Assembly: GCA_964016885.1 (NCBI GenBank)
Contig: OZ024743.1
Location: 277,760,001 to 277,824,000, forward strand
DNA length: 64,000 nt
From: Eledone cirrhosa
Taxonomy: Eukaryota
Reading direction: 5' to 3'
Notes under the pieces: generated by a model
What the model saw: only the letters and a program-made list of their open reading frames with translations
Told to the model about the DNA's origin: nothing
The model's database searches: none
Position numbers and translations under genes: made by a program
Shown: positions 26,328 through 37,700 of the stretch, piece after piece
How the letters are laid out: the number at the start of each line of letters is the position of its first letter
How positions within the stretch are numbered: position 1 is the stretch's first letter

Positions 26328-26641
26328 TCCTTTGTCAGTGTTGAACAAACGAGCAACGATGGTTGCTAGACACTACGGCTTAATACGGGATGCTTGTTTA
26401 CAAACACACCGAGCATTATAATAAATGTTCGGTGAATCCATACGTACATGTATATATGTGTGCATGTATGTATATATATATACATACTACTGTACGTCTG
26501 TATACATATATGTATGTACTTGTCCATACTTATATTTAAGTAACAGCCGTACTAAGAGTGGGAAATGAAATTTCGTTTCATTTTTTCCCTTTATATATAT
26601 GTATATGTGTGTGTGTGTGTGTGTGTGTTTATGCACATGTG

Positions 26642-26702
<61 letters not shown>

Positions 26703-26823
26703 AGAAATAAGTACATGTAGAAAGAATATTAATATTTCTGCTAGAACGTAAATGAAATTACATAAACATAGATATAAAGGTAAGAAAATTATTTGTATAA
26801 AAAGAAAAGTGTATACATATATG

Positions 26824-26942
<119 letters not shown>

Positions 26943-27587
26943 CACATCCTATCATTGAGCAGCTGTATATGTCAGATTTACAATGTACAGAAGTTTTCGA
27001 TTTTTCAATATTATTTTCCAGAACAATATATAACATTCTTAGAAATGGAATTGAACAGCAATTTTGCAAAAGTCATGTATTTTTATTCTTTTGTCTGTTG
27101 TATAGCAATTCAATCAACTAATTAAAAGTATAATATTATTAAGTGTGGTAGGTGATAGAATCAATGGAGCACCGGATTCATTGCCCTCGGAATTAAACAT
27201 CTATACCAATTTCTCTACTTCATATTCATTCTTATATGTACTTTAGTAATCATTTTTATACGTACTTTAGTATCATTATTATATGTTGTAGCTGCCGTAG
27301 ATAGCCTATGTTAAGCCTGGTCTACTATATATATTATCAAAGATGTTCCCGCCATATTCTTCTCCTCGTTATTTTTCTGGTGCTGTGTAGTCAAAACCAT
27401 ATTATCTAACATGACTTTCTTTTCAAATAATTGGCTATTGTTTCTTGCAGATCAAGCGATTTTGTAAATATTCTATCACACCTTGAATTTGAATATCGCT
27501 GCTTTCATATATGCATTTCTTTTATTTTTACTACTAACAAAATAATTACCATTAATATAAGGGTTTAATATATTACACTGTATCAGG

Positions 27588-27800
27588 GCCGTGGATTGGC
27601 AGTAACAGTGGATAATAGAGCAATATGTTTTGTTGCATAGAATTACGACCCTTTATGATCCGAGTTCAAATCCTGCCGAAGTTAGCTTTGCCTTTCATCC
27701 TTACGGAGTCGATAATATAAAATACCAGTAATACTCTGGGATCGATTTAATCGACTTTCCCCTCCCCAAAACTGTTGGCCTTGTGTCTAAATCAGAAACC
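27588..27800 (+). mobile_element. SINE, dominant family, long-tail form
   Basis: Retains gggatcgatttaatcgactttcccctccccaaaa, which most other copies lack. Confidence 0.8.
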
Positions 27801-28582
27801 AAGATATTACGCAGTATCCACCACAGCATTTATCTAATTGAGCATATGTTAGAATCATTAATATAATACCTTTTAAGTTTATCATGATGAAGATATGGTG
27901 TTGTTTTTATCTTTAAATTGGTTATGTATATTTTATCAACTTCGCATGTAAGACAGTTTTTTCTGTTATAAAATCAGAGACTCGGAGAGAGAAGAGCAGT
28001 GAAAAGGAACGGAAATGTGTTTATAATATATTTTTCTAGTGGTAGTGTAACGCTTAACTAGAGATTACTTTGTTTGTTAAACAGCTTTGAGGGTGGTGAA
28101 GGCAGAGTCCTCAGACTCGCCTTCCAGAGGGTTCTATCAAAAGCAAGTCTCCAAATGATCTGACTGGGTCCCCAAAAGATGCCAACTGAGCTCTTGAATG
28201 TTATCCAACAATCGTCTTCATGATCTGACCCTAGGTCGCCTGCAGGATGTTACAATTCACTCAGAAATTAGATTCCATTTTTTTCTTCAAATTGTGATAC
28301 CTCCGTTCGGTATATTCATCAAATATTTGATGGCGAGGTGATGAACGAGCTTGATACAACTGTATTACACGTTGTAGTATTTGTGTCCTAGATGCCCACA
28401 CACCATAGGTTCAGCTCGGCTGTTTGTATATGAAACAAATCATTGAGTTTAAATATTCAGAAAGACCATTTGTATGAAACAGAACAGAGAAGTGTCAACA
28501 TATTTAATGTAGTGTAAATTCAATATCAAATTGTAAATTTGTATAAGAATGAAAGATTTTTTCTAGTTCTTAGTCGTTTAAA

Positions 28583-28613
<31 letters not shown>

Positions 28614-28826
28614 GAATGCCATGGTTGACGGAGGCTCGGCTCTGTAAGGTATAGTAATTTTTAACCGTTAAAACAATTGTAAATTGTTTAAAACTTGAAC
28701 CAAATTGTTGATAAAGACACCCTCCTCCTCGTGAGAGGGGTCTTTCTGTCCGTTATTTGGCCCTTCGGGGTTAAATAGCCAGTTATTGGGGTTTTGTACC
28801 CAAAATTTCATTTTAAACAAAAAAAC

Positions 28827-30926
28827 ATGGCTACCAAAAAAAAAAAATTTCATACGTCACTCCCACTCATTCCGTCTTCTTCTTCCTCAATCATCACTAC
28901 AGGAGAGAGAAGATTGTCTCTCTCCCTCCCTTCTTTAAATGTGTCTCTCTCCCTACCTTCTCTTTCGCAAGCGACGAAAGAAAAGAAAAGTCTCGTGCAA
29001 AGCGTGCAAGGCTTCTCCACGACGACGACGACAGCGACGAAACAGGTGTGCGGGAAATACGAAAACCCAGTTCATTCGTCTGACGTCAGGAATAATAGCA
29101 GTAGCAGCCGTAATAACAACAGCAACAGTGACAATGAAAACAACAGTAGCAGCCGCAACAGCATCACCAGCAGCATAAACAACAACACCATTAGCAGCAG
29201 CAACACCAACAACAACCACAGCAACAGCGGCGGAGGCAGTAGTCGTAGTACCTGCAGCAACAACAAAAGTACCAGCAGCTCTGACGACAACAACAACAGC
29301 AGAGAAAAACCAATCTCATTTGCAGGTATTGCGAAAAACCTGGAAACAATCCTCATAACAAATGAGGAATTAGAGGAAGCGAAGAAGATGGTGACAAAGA
29401 ACGGACACCGAGCAATCTGCAAGGCAGCGAAAAATTTTTTCGAAACCCAAGAGCACTGTACGGTCACGTACCGTACAGTAAGTACAAAATCCCGTAGGGT
29501 GGAAAGAGCCACAGAGGCCCAAATACAAAAAGCCTTGGGGTCTGTGTGGCAGAGGAAAACGCACATCACCCGAGGCAAAAAATACGCCACCGTAGACGTA
29601 CTTTTTGCCACACCCCACGAGGCAAAGGCCCAATCAGTAGTGACCCTAAGGAGCGAGGAAATGGTGTTGGTGCCCTCCTACTGCGGGCAAAAAATTGTGA
29701 GGGTCAAACTGACCCACGTCCCCCCCGGAATGACCCCTTCTTGGCTGGCCGCGTCTGTCCTCGTCGGAATCGAGGACAAAACAACTGTACTGCAAGTACA
29801 GAAAAAAGTAAGAGAAGATTGGGTCGGCTCCTCCATTGAGATGCTAATCCAAACCAACCAGGAGTGCATCGAAGCTATCCCGGATGTGATAGACTTCGAT
29901 AACGGCACTCAACTGCCCATAAGTGTTGAGGGCAAACGCCCGAAATGCTTTCGCTGTGGATCGAAGACTCACCTCAGGGCCTTCTGCAACGAGAAGACCC
30001 TGAGAAAGGAGAAAACCCCCCTCCTCCCGAATCCGGTTCCACGGCTACCAGCAACAGGACAAGCGGCAACCAGGAACGATAGGTCCGTGGCACCCATACC
30101 CACTCCACGGAAATCAAAGACAGCAGCAGCAGTGGAAATATTAACAACAACAACAGCAATACCAAATGCAGCTGCAACAGAGACTCCAGTGCAAACATCA
30201 CCAACAACAACAAGTGAAAGAGTGGAGCTGGTACCCCTCCCCGACCTTACAGAATCAGACATGGAGTGTGAGGTGGGAGAGGGATGGCAAAAGGTCTCAA
30301 GAAGGCACAAACGCAGAAGCAGCGCATCGTCGCCTTTGAAAAGGGAGGAAAGAAATGAGAAAAGGGTAAAGTCTACTGCAAAGAGACCCACAGCAGCAAC
30401 ACCACCAACACCATCACCACCCACACCAGCACCACCATCACCACCGGCGACAACCCCACCGCCAACAACACCTTCAACACCACCACCACAAGCACCAACA
30501 TCGCAAACACAACAACAAAACACACACACCCAGCAACAACGACAAGAAAATAGCAGAACCACACCCCACCCCCAGAAAAACAAATGCACGGCAATAAACA
30601 CACACAACAAGAAACTAATGACTTACATAATTGAACACACAGACATTTCACAACAGGACTACATAATACCAGCACCAATCAAAACGCCAACTAACATAAG
30701 ACTGCTAAAAATAGCACAGAAACAATACACAAACATTAAAACGAAATTCCCCAACGCAGTTGGTGATTTCAGGGACCTAGGAGGAACCATTAATCGAAGA
30801 GTATATTCAGACATTCTCTTAGAAGAGCCGACGACCAGCCGAAGGGACGATTCAACGGTCCCTTCACCAGACGATCAAGTGAAAAGGGATGTAAAAACCA
30901 TCCCTCCTCTACCAAAAATACGGTAA
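28827..30926 (+). CDS. Tx1-like ORF1 (gag-like, CCHC zinc knuckle)
   Basis: CFRCGSKTHLRAFC knuckle with low-complexity N- and C-terminal regions. First ATG at 28827 (the track starts at an upstream TTG, 28794). Confidence 0.9.
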   Translation: MATKKKKFHTSLPLIPSSSSSIITTGERRLSLSLPSLNVSLSLPSLSQATKEKKSLVQSVQGFSTTTTTATKQVCGKYENPVHSSDVRNNSSSSRNNNSNSDNENNSSSRNSITSSINNNTISSSNTNNNHSNSGGGSSRSTCSNNKSTSSSDDNNNSREKPISFAGIAKNLETILITNEELEEAKKMVTKNGHRAICKAAKNFFETQEHCTVTYRTVSTKSRRVERATEAQIQKALGSVWQRKTHITRGKKYATVDVLFATPHEAKAQSVVTLRSEEMVLVPSYCGQKIVRVKLTHVPPGMTPSWLAASVLVGIEDKTTVLQVQKKVREDWVGSSIEMLIQTNQECIEAIPDVIDFDNGTQLPISVEGKRPKCFRCGSKTHLRAFCNEKTLRKEKTPLLPNPVPRLPATGQAATRNDRSVAPIPTPRKSKTAAAVEILTTTTAIPNAAATETPVQTSPTTTSERVELVPLPDLTESDMECEVGEGWQKVSRRHKRRSSASSPLKREERNEKRVKSTAKRPTAATPPTPSPPTPAPPSPPATTPPPTTPSTPPPQAPTSQTQQQNTHTQQQRQENSRTTPHPQKNKCTAINTHNKKLMTYIIEHTDISQQDYIIPAPIKTPTNIRLLKIAQKQYTNIKTKFPNAVGDFRDLGGTINRRVYSDILLEEPTTSRRDDSTVPSPDDQVKRDVKTIPPLPKIR

Positions 30927-30961
30927 GTGGTCTTTCCCATCTTTTCCACTCTATTTTAAAC

Positions 30962-33900
30962 ATGACCTCACTCAGAATAGGCAGCATAAATGCGCGTGGC
31001 TTGGGGTCGTCATGGAAGCAGGGTCACCTGCTCAACGACCTCAGGTCACTAAACATAGATGTAGTGGCCATCAGCGAGACCAGAATCTCCGAGGCACGGG
31101 CCTTCGCACCGATCTTCGGCGGCTACGATGTGTACGCATCTCCCAGCCGTCCTGGATCGGGTGGAGGAGTTGCTGTGCTTTTTCGGAGAGGTTTGGATCT
31201 CGCCATACGGGCCATCTTCCTGGACCCAGAGGGTAAGCTGGTGGTGCTGGACGTGACCAGCGGAGACGGGCAAGCTTTCAGGCTAGTGGCCGTCTATGCC
31301 CCGACAGGAGCAGGGCGGCCTGATTTCTTCCGGCGTCTGGAGACCTTTCTTGGAACGTCGCGCTCTTTAGTGTTAGTGGGCGACTGGAACGGGATCTTAG
31401 ATGCACGCTGGGACTGTGTGGGATTAGCGGATAGGGGTGGAGGGTGCAAGAGCCTCACCAACCTGCTCAGGCGTTTTGAACTGTCTGACAGGTACCGATT
31501 GGATTTCCCGAATGTGCCAATGTGGACTTGGACAAACCGCATAGGGTCATCCAGATCATATCTAGATAGAGTATTTTGTAGGGAAATAGATAGGTCTAGC
31601 ATAGGCTGTCCACAATTCAAGATAGTCAGCTACACGGACCACAAATTCGTGATCTGTGTGCTTGACTTAGATAGGCTTCATAGACGAGGACCCGGCTACT
31701 GGAAGCTAAACGCGTCCTTACCAGCGCGCAAGGCCTACAGAGACCGGATTAGCGAACTAGTTAAGCGGGCGTTGACGGGGGCCATCGTCAACAACAAGTG
31801 GTGGTTTGCTCTGAAAAGAGCGATTAGAATAGAATCGATTAGGTTTAGTAAGGCTTTAGCAATAGAGAAAAATAGAGCAGAGGGAGAACTAGTTAGAAAA
31901 TTAGACGAGGCGCTTAGCAAAGGCATTGCGACCGACGTGCTTGCGGCGAAATTGGCCCTTGACCAATTCTTCAATGCAAAGCACGAAGGCTGCGTTGTCA
32001 GAGCTAGGGTGCGTGCTCTCAGACACGAGGGGACGAAAGCCGTTCAATGGGCCCGAGTGGCGGAGGCGCGTCGTGGCAACAAAGCCACGATCCGGTCTTT
32101 GGTGGACCACGACGGGCGCATGCTACTCGATCCCGGGCAAATGTGTGAAGCTTTTCAGCGACACTTCGCTCAGCTGTTCGGGGGCAGCGGGGGGCCGGGT
32201 AGAGGGATGGACTTTAGTGTCTACCTCGACGGACTGCCGCGGCTCTCGGCCACTGAGGCGAAGTGTTGCGAAAAGCCGATAACAGCCGCTGAAGTAAGGG
32301 AGGCAATGACTGGCTGCACAAGGGGTAAATCGCCTGGTTTGGATGGTCTGCCCTATGAACTTTACGTACAGATGCCAGACTTGTTCGGAGGCCTCTTGGC
32401 GGACGTCTACTGCAACTGGCAACAGAACGGGAGAATTCCCAGTTCTGTGAGCCGAGGAGCGGTGGCACTGCTGAGAAAGGATCCGAACAAGGGGGATAAC
32501 ATAGACAATTTCCGGCCCATAACTCTGCTAAACACAGAGTTTAAGATTTTGGCCAAGGTGCTAGCAAAGAGGTTGGCGCTTGTCGTTGGTGGTCTGGTGG
32601 GAGAGGCGCAGACATGCGCCATTCCCGACAGATCCATCCACGACAACCTCCACCTCATGCGATACATCGTAGAGAGGGTAGCTAGGGAACCTGGCACGGG
32701 TGGGTCCTTGATCAATTTAGATCAGTCGAAAGCTTTCGATAGGGTCGACCATCGTTACCTAGCGGCAGTCCTGAGGGCGGCTGGCTTTGGGCCCGTCTTC
32801 AGAGGCTGGATCGCTGCCATGCACAGCGACATCTGCTCTGTGGTGAGAGTGAACGGTCACCTGTCGGAACCGTTCAACATCATGCGCTCGGTCCGCCAAG
32901 GATGTCCCCTCTCGTCCCTCTTGTACGTATTGACTCTCGAGCCATTACTGCACAAACTGGAGACGTTGAGGGGAGTCCCGCGCGAACTAGGATGCGGAAG
33001 ATCCGTGTCAGCATATGCGGACGATGTCACCGTAGTGGTGTCGAACGCCAAACACATCGAGGCGATCGGCACTACACTAAGAGAATACGAAGCGGTGACA
33101 GGAGCAATGATCAACCAGGAAAAGTCAGTGGGCCTGCAGCTCGGCACCTGGAGAGGCAGGTCCATGCCGTCCAACAGCGTCGTCGGGCGCTGGACGGACG
33201 GACCGGTTAAATTGCTAGGGGTCTGGTTCGGTCCGGACCTCCAGACGGACAAAAACTGGGACGAGGTGACGAGCAGGGTGGCTTCTCTCACCCAGAAATG
33301 GGCGGAGAGGAAGCTATCCCTGAAAGGTCGAGCGGAGGTGGCTAACGCGTACATCGCGTCTGTCATCTGCTACCGCCTAACCGTCGTACCTTGTCCTAAG
33401 CCTCGCCTGACTGCGCTGGAGCGTTTGCTCTTTCGCTTTTTGTGGAAGGGACGTGCTCCGATGGTCAGGCGGTCCATCTGTTGTCAACACCCGCTACGTG
33501 GAGGGCTGGGCATGCCGTGGCTGATGATGCGCAGGCACGCGCTCAGGCTACGACATCTCCACCTCTTCCTCGACGGTGATCAGGTGTGGTCGCCGTTTGC
33601 TAGACGCGTTTTTCCCCAGCTCGTTTCCTTGACGGAGCTGCAGTCCTGGGTCAAGCGAAGACCGAGAGGGAGCGCCTGGAGACTGGAATGTCTTCAGGCG
33701 CTCACAGCCCTCGACCAATCGGGCAATGTGATCGGTGGAAACTCCACCTCGGCGTTCTATAGAGGATTAGTGGAGGGGAAGAGCGACGACGTACTTGGGG
33801 AAACTCTAGGCGTCGACGAAAATCAACTAGCCAATCTCTTCGGAAGAACCTTCGGGCCAGGGCCTATGGACAACTTCCAGAAATCTCTGGCCTGGCAGTG

Positions 33901-34381
33901 CTACCGAGGAGCCTTGCCAGTTCGGGATAAACTCTACAGGCATGGAGGTGCCGTCAGCCGGGCATGTCCGAGATGCGCGCAGGGCGACGAAACCGTCCTG
34001 CACGCACTCGTCCAGTGTCCGAAAATTGCTGACTTGTGGGTTTATGTCGAACACCTGCTGTCGCGTTTAGGACGGATCCAGCTATCATCTGAGTCTATCG
34101 TGAGGATTGCCCCGCCCTCCTCCTTTAGCCGGGAAGGGCAGGCAGTTTTTATCTGTCTGGTGGCCATGGCGAAAGAGATAGTATGGTGGACACGTTTGAA
34201 AGGGCTGAAGACGAGCACTTACCTCTTCGGTGATGCTCTGATTGACTTTTTCAAATTTCATTTGAAAAGGAAAATCAGAGTAGAGAAGGAAGTGCTCTCT
34301 TCCCAGCATTTTGTTGAAAGATGGGTGAGAGAAGCAAGAATGGCCCGAGTGAATGGGCCGACTCTGAGTATATATCTGTAA
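30962..34381 (+). CDS. Tx1-like ORF2: APE endonuclease + reverse transcriptase + C-terminal zinc finger (1139 aa)
   Basis: APE motifs SINARGL, ISET, GDWN, LDRVF, TDHK. RT motifs KSPGLDG, FRPITLLN, DQSKAFDRVDH, RQGCPLS, YADD. C-terminal CPRC...H...C. Confidence 0.97.
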   Translation: MTSLRIGSINARGLGSSWKQGHLLNDLRSLNIDVVAISETRISEARAFAPIFGGYDVYASPSRPGSGGGVAVLFRRGLDLAIRAIFLDPEGKLVVLDVTSGDGQAFRLVAVYAPTGAGRPDFFRRLETFLGTSRSLVLVGDWNGILDARWDCVGLADRGGGCKSLTNLLRRFELSDRYRLDFPNVPMWTWTNRIGSSRSYLDRVFCREIDRSSIGCPQFKIVSYTDHKFVICVLDLDRLHRRGPGYWKLNASLPARKAYRDRISELVKRALTGAIVNNKWWFALKRAIRIESIRFSKALAIEKNRAEGELVRKLDEALSKGIATDVLAAKLALDQFFNAKHEGCVVRARVRALRHEGTKAVQWARVAEARRGNKATIRSLVDHDGRMLLDPGQMCEAFQRHFAQLFGGSGGPGRGMDFSVYLDGLPRLSATEAKCCEKPITAAEVREAMTGCTRGKSPGLDGLPYELYVQMPDLFGGLLADVYCNWQQNGRIPSSVSRGAVALLRKDPNKGDNIDNFRPITLLNTEFKILAKVLAKRLALVVGGLVGEAQTCAIPDRSIHDNLHLMRYIVERVAREPGTGGSLINLDQSKAFDRVDHRYLAAVLRAAGFGPVFRGWIAAMHSDICSVVRVNGHLSEPFNIMRSVRQGCPLSSLLYVLTLEPLLHKLETLRGVPRELGCGRSVSAYADDVTVVVSNAKHIEAIGTTLREYEAVTGAMINQEKSVGLQLGTWRGRSMPSNSVVGRWTDGPVKLLGVWFGPDLQTDKNWDEVTSRVASLTQKWAERKLSLKGRAEVANAYIASVICYRLTVVPCPKPRLTALERLLFRFLWKGRAPMVRRSICCQHPLRGGLGMPWLMMRRHALRLRHLHLFLDGDQVWSPFARRVFPQLVSLTELQSWVKRRPRGSAWRLECLQALTALDQSGNVIGGNSTSAFYRGLVEGKSDDVLGETLGVDENQLANLFGRTFGPGPMDNFQKSLAWQCYRGALPVRDKLYRHGGAVSRACPRCAQGDETVLHALVQCPKIADLWVYVEHLLSRLGRIQLSSESIVRIAPPSSFSREGQAVFICLVAMAKEIVWWTRLKGLKTSTYLFGDALIDFFKFHLKRKIRVEKEVLSSQHFVERWVREARMARVNGPTLSIYL

Positions 34382-34642
34382 ACTAAAGGTGGAAAACTGG
34401 GAGAGGGCACTTGCCTTGGTGGTCAGGGTCATTGTGGCTTTTTACTGGGCTTTCTCCACAAATGTTCCTCCGAAGTCTCCCCCCTATTGGGGAATTTTTC
34501 ATTGTTATTTTCATTGTTATTTTTGTTACATCCTCTATTTTTGTTTTTTTTACACGCAGAAATGCCCATTTGTACCGTCCTGCATTGTCCTGCACTGTCC
34601 TTAATGTCTACTTTATGTAAACCCTTGTGGTTAATAAAGAAA

Positions 34643-34692
<50 letters not shown>

Positions 34693-34703
34693 GTTATTGT
34701 TAT

Positions 34704-37700
34704 TCCTTGAATCTCAGTCATTGATGTTGGTTAACTGGAAAGTCCGTTGGATTGAATATCAAGCCACTACCTGCAGCCTCAGATATTCAGGACGTATCGG
34801 AGGGTTCTTGCCGTTCCAAGCAAGCATGCCTTTTGAAGCGTTCCAAAAAGCGTGAAGGGGCCAATTTTCTTTAACCATCCCTGGAAACCTTTGGAGATAG
34901 TCCCCAGTGCGCCTATGACAATCGGGATCACTTTGACTTCATGGCAGTTCCAAATCCTTTTCACCTCCCACTTTAGGTCCTGGTATCGGTTAATTTTCTC
35001 CCTCTCCTTCTCTTGCACTTTCGTGTCGAACGGGCAGGCCACATCCACAATCAGGCACGATCTTTTTTCTTTGTCCACAACCACCAGGTCAGGTCTATTG
35101 TGTTCCAGTTTTTTGTCCGTCTGTATCCTAAAATCCCACAGCACCTTCACCTGACTGTTCTCCATCACCGCCTCTGGCCTATGCTCATACCATTTCTCAG
35201 AATGTGGTAGATTGTTTGCTTTGCACAGGTGCCAGTGGATCACCCTGCCCATCACATCGTGTCTCCAGCCCTTATAGTGGGTCTGGGCTAGGTGTTTACA
35301 CTCGGACACAATGTGAGCCACAGTCTCCTCTCTCTCTCCACAGATCCTGCACAGTGGGCTAGCCTCCTCCTTGTAGATATGGTGCTTCAACCACTTCGTT
35401 TTGAGGGCCTGCTCCTGCGCAGCCATTAGCATTCCTTCTGTAGCCTTTTTGAGGTCTCCTCTTCTCAACCAGTTCCATGTCTGTGGATCTCTAAATTCAG
35501 TTTTCTCAAAGAAGGTACTATGAAGGGATTTTCCCTTAAGGCTGCTCTTCCTCCTTGATGTTATTTCCTCCTTGGATATCCCCTGGCCTACTGTCCCCTC
35601 CTTCAGTACAGCTCTGAGCATTGGCTCTTTACTATAGGTCACGTATTTGTATAGGTTGTTTTTCTCCATCTGAACACAGTCCTCTATGCTGATAAGACCT
35701 CTTCCACCCTCAGATCTCCTTAGATGAGTCTATCGACATCACTCCTCTTGTGGAACATGTTGTAGATAGTCAATAGCTTCCTAGTCTTCCTATCCATTTC
35801 TTTTTGTTCAGCAACATTCCATCTCAGAATTCCCGCACTGTACCTAATAATAGACACAGCTCGGGAATTTACTGCGCTTATGGCATTTCTGCTGTTCAGA
35901 TGTGACTTCAATACGTTCCTTACTCTCCGAATGTATTCAGTTCTTAACAATTCCTTCATTTTTTTGTTCTTTATGCCATCAGCCTCCAGAACGCCCAAAT
36001 ACTTGTATCCTTCCTCAGAGTCAATTTCCTTTATCATCTCACCTGTTGGTATCTGGATCCCGTTACTTCTGCTCAACCTACCCCTCCTCATCACAATGAC
36101 TCCACATTTACCAATACCAAACTGCATACATATATCACTGCTGAAAATACGGACAGTGTCAACAAGCACATCCAACTCCTTCTCACTTTTCCCGAAGAGC
36201 TTAAGATCGTCCATGAAGAGGAGGTGATTGATGGTAAGCTCTCCCCTTCCCAACTTGTATCCTGCTCTCACTTTTCGCAGCATAATGGTCAAGGGCATCA
36301 GGGCAAGGACAAACAACAGAGGGGACAGGCTATCTCCCTGGAAGATACCTCTCTTGATCTTCACGCTTCCCAAGGATACTCCAGTTGATGTCAACTCTGT
36401 CTCCCAGGACCCCATACTCCTGCCCAGCAACTGTCTGATGTTATCTGCCACCCTGAAGATCTCCAGGCTTTTGGTGATCCAGGAATGAGGCACCATGTCA
36501 AATGCCTTTCTGTAGTCTATCCATCCCATGGCAAGATCAGTGTGTCTCCTCCTGCAATTCCCCATTACCATCTTATCAATAAGCAACTGGTCCTTTGTAC
36601 CACGTGACTTCTTTCGGCATCCTTTCTGTTCGTCCGGCAACAAGTTGTTTGTGTGGAGGTGATGGTAGATTTCCTCAGACACAATGCTCGTCAACAGTTT
36701 CCACATTACGGGCAGACATGTGATAGGTCTATAGTTGGTAACATCATTACCCTTGATTCGGTCTTTCATTATCAGAACTGTGGTACCTTTTGTCAACCAC
36801 TCTGGCACCTCACCCGACACCAAGCAGTCATTGAACATGGCCGTCAGCTTCGGGTGGAGGGATGTTAAATGTTTAATCCAATACCCCTGCACACCATCTG
36901 GGCCTGGTGATTTCCAGTTGGTTAGTTTTTTGGCTTGCCCCTTAAGAGTTTCAACTGTGATACTCAAATCAGTCTGTTGCTGTGCCTGCTCACCGATCTC
37001 CCTGTGCACTGTCTCAATCCACCCTGCCTGGGCATTGTGTCTAACATCCTGCTCCCATATTCCTCTCCAGAATGTTTTAGCTTGTTCCGCCCCAGGGATC
37101 AAGTCGTTGCCTCTTTCTTTCCCCTCAAGCTGTCCAAACAGCATCTTCTGGTTGTTGTCGAACATGCGGTTCTGTTTATACTGACTAACTCTGTTCTCGT
37201 ATCGCCTGATTTTGGCACTCTTTGCTACAATGCGTTGCTTCAATTCCTCTATGATAATATTTAGCTTTTTACTCCTAGTTTTGTATTTTATTTCCAGTCT
37301 ATTTTTAGTGCCTATGTTTTTTAGTGTCCCATTCAGTAGTGACTCAAGCTTTCCTATGTCATTTCTCATTTCCCCGATTTGCCCACTCAGTCGCTTCTTC
37401 CACCACGGCTCTGCTCTTTCTTGTCTGTTGTTTCCTCTCGCTTTTATACCAAGTAGTTTCCTCACCGTATTTGCTGTTGCTTTGAGGATATTGTTGCACT
37501 GGTGAAGACTCCTCGCCTCAAGGTATGGGATGACTTTGTTTACCTTAGCTGTTGTTTCTTTTAACTTTTTCCTGTCTACAAATCTTAGGTTCATAGGTCT
37601 CCCACTATCATTGTTCAACTCATCTACCACTAAATTTAGGATGTCAACCGAATCTTGTCCTAGCCCGTCAGCATTCATCTCCTCAGTGGCCGTATCTCTG

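Larger units (their letters stand above)
24620..26592. mobile_element. Array of a 420-nt hammerhead-containing repeat (non-LTR retrozyme / non-autonomous Penelope-like element) in (TA)n
   Basis: Plus-strand segments 24691-25022, 25087-25432, 25899-26592. Inverted segments 24620-24690, 25031-25085, 25501-25904. Period 420 nt (25899 to 26319). No protein-like ORF. Confidence 0.85.
28614..34644 (+). mobile_element. Full-length Tx1-like (L1 clade) non-LTR retrotransposon in (ATT)n
   Basis: Two intact ORFs, 213-nt 5' UTR, 3' UTR ending aataaagaaatc, (att)n at 28584-28613 and 34645-34690. Confidence 0.95.

Noticed and set aside
24620-26592. CRISPR-like repeat-spacer array
   Set aside because: The whole 420-nt unit repeats, there are no unique spacers or cas genes, and the context is eukaryotic.
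35700-35740. Programmed frameshift in the Dong ORF
   Set aside because: No slippery sequence; one missing T in the conserved RLY motif indicates mutation or sequencing error.
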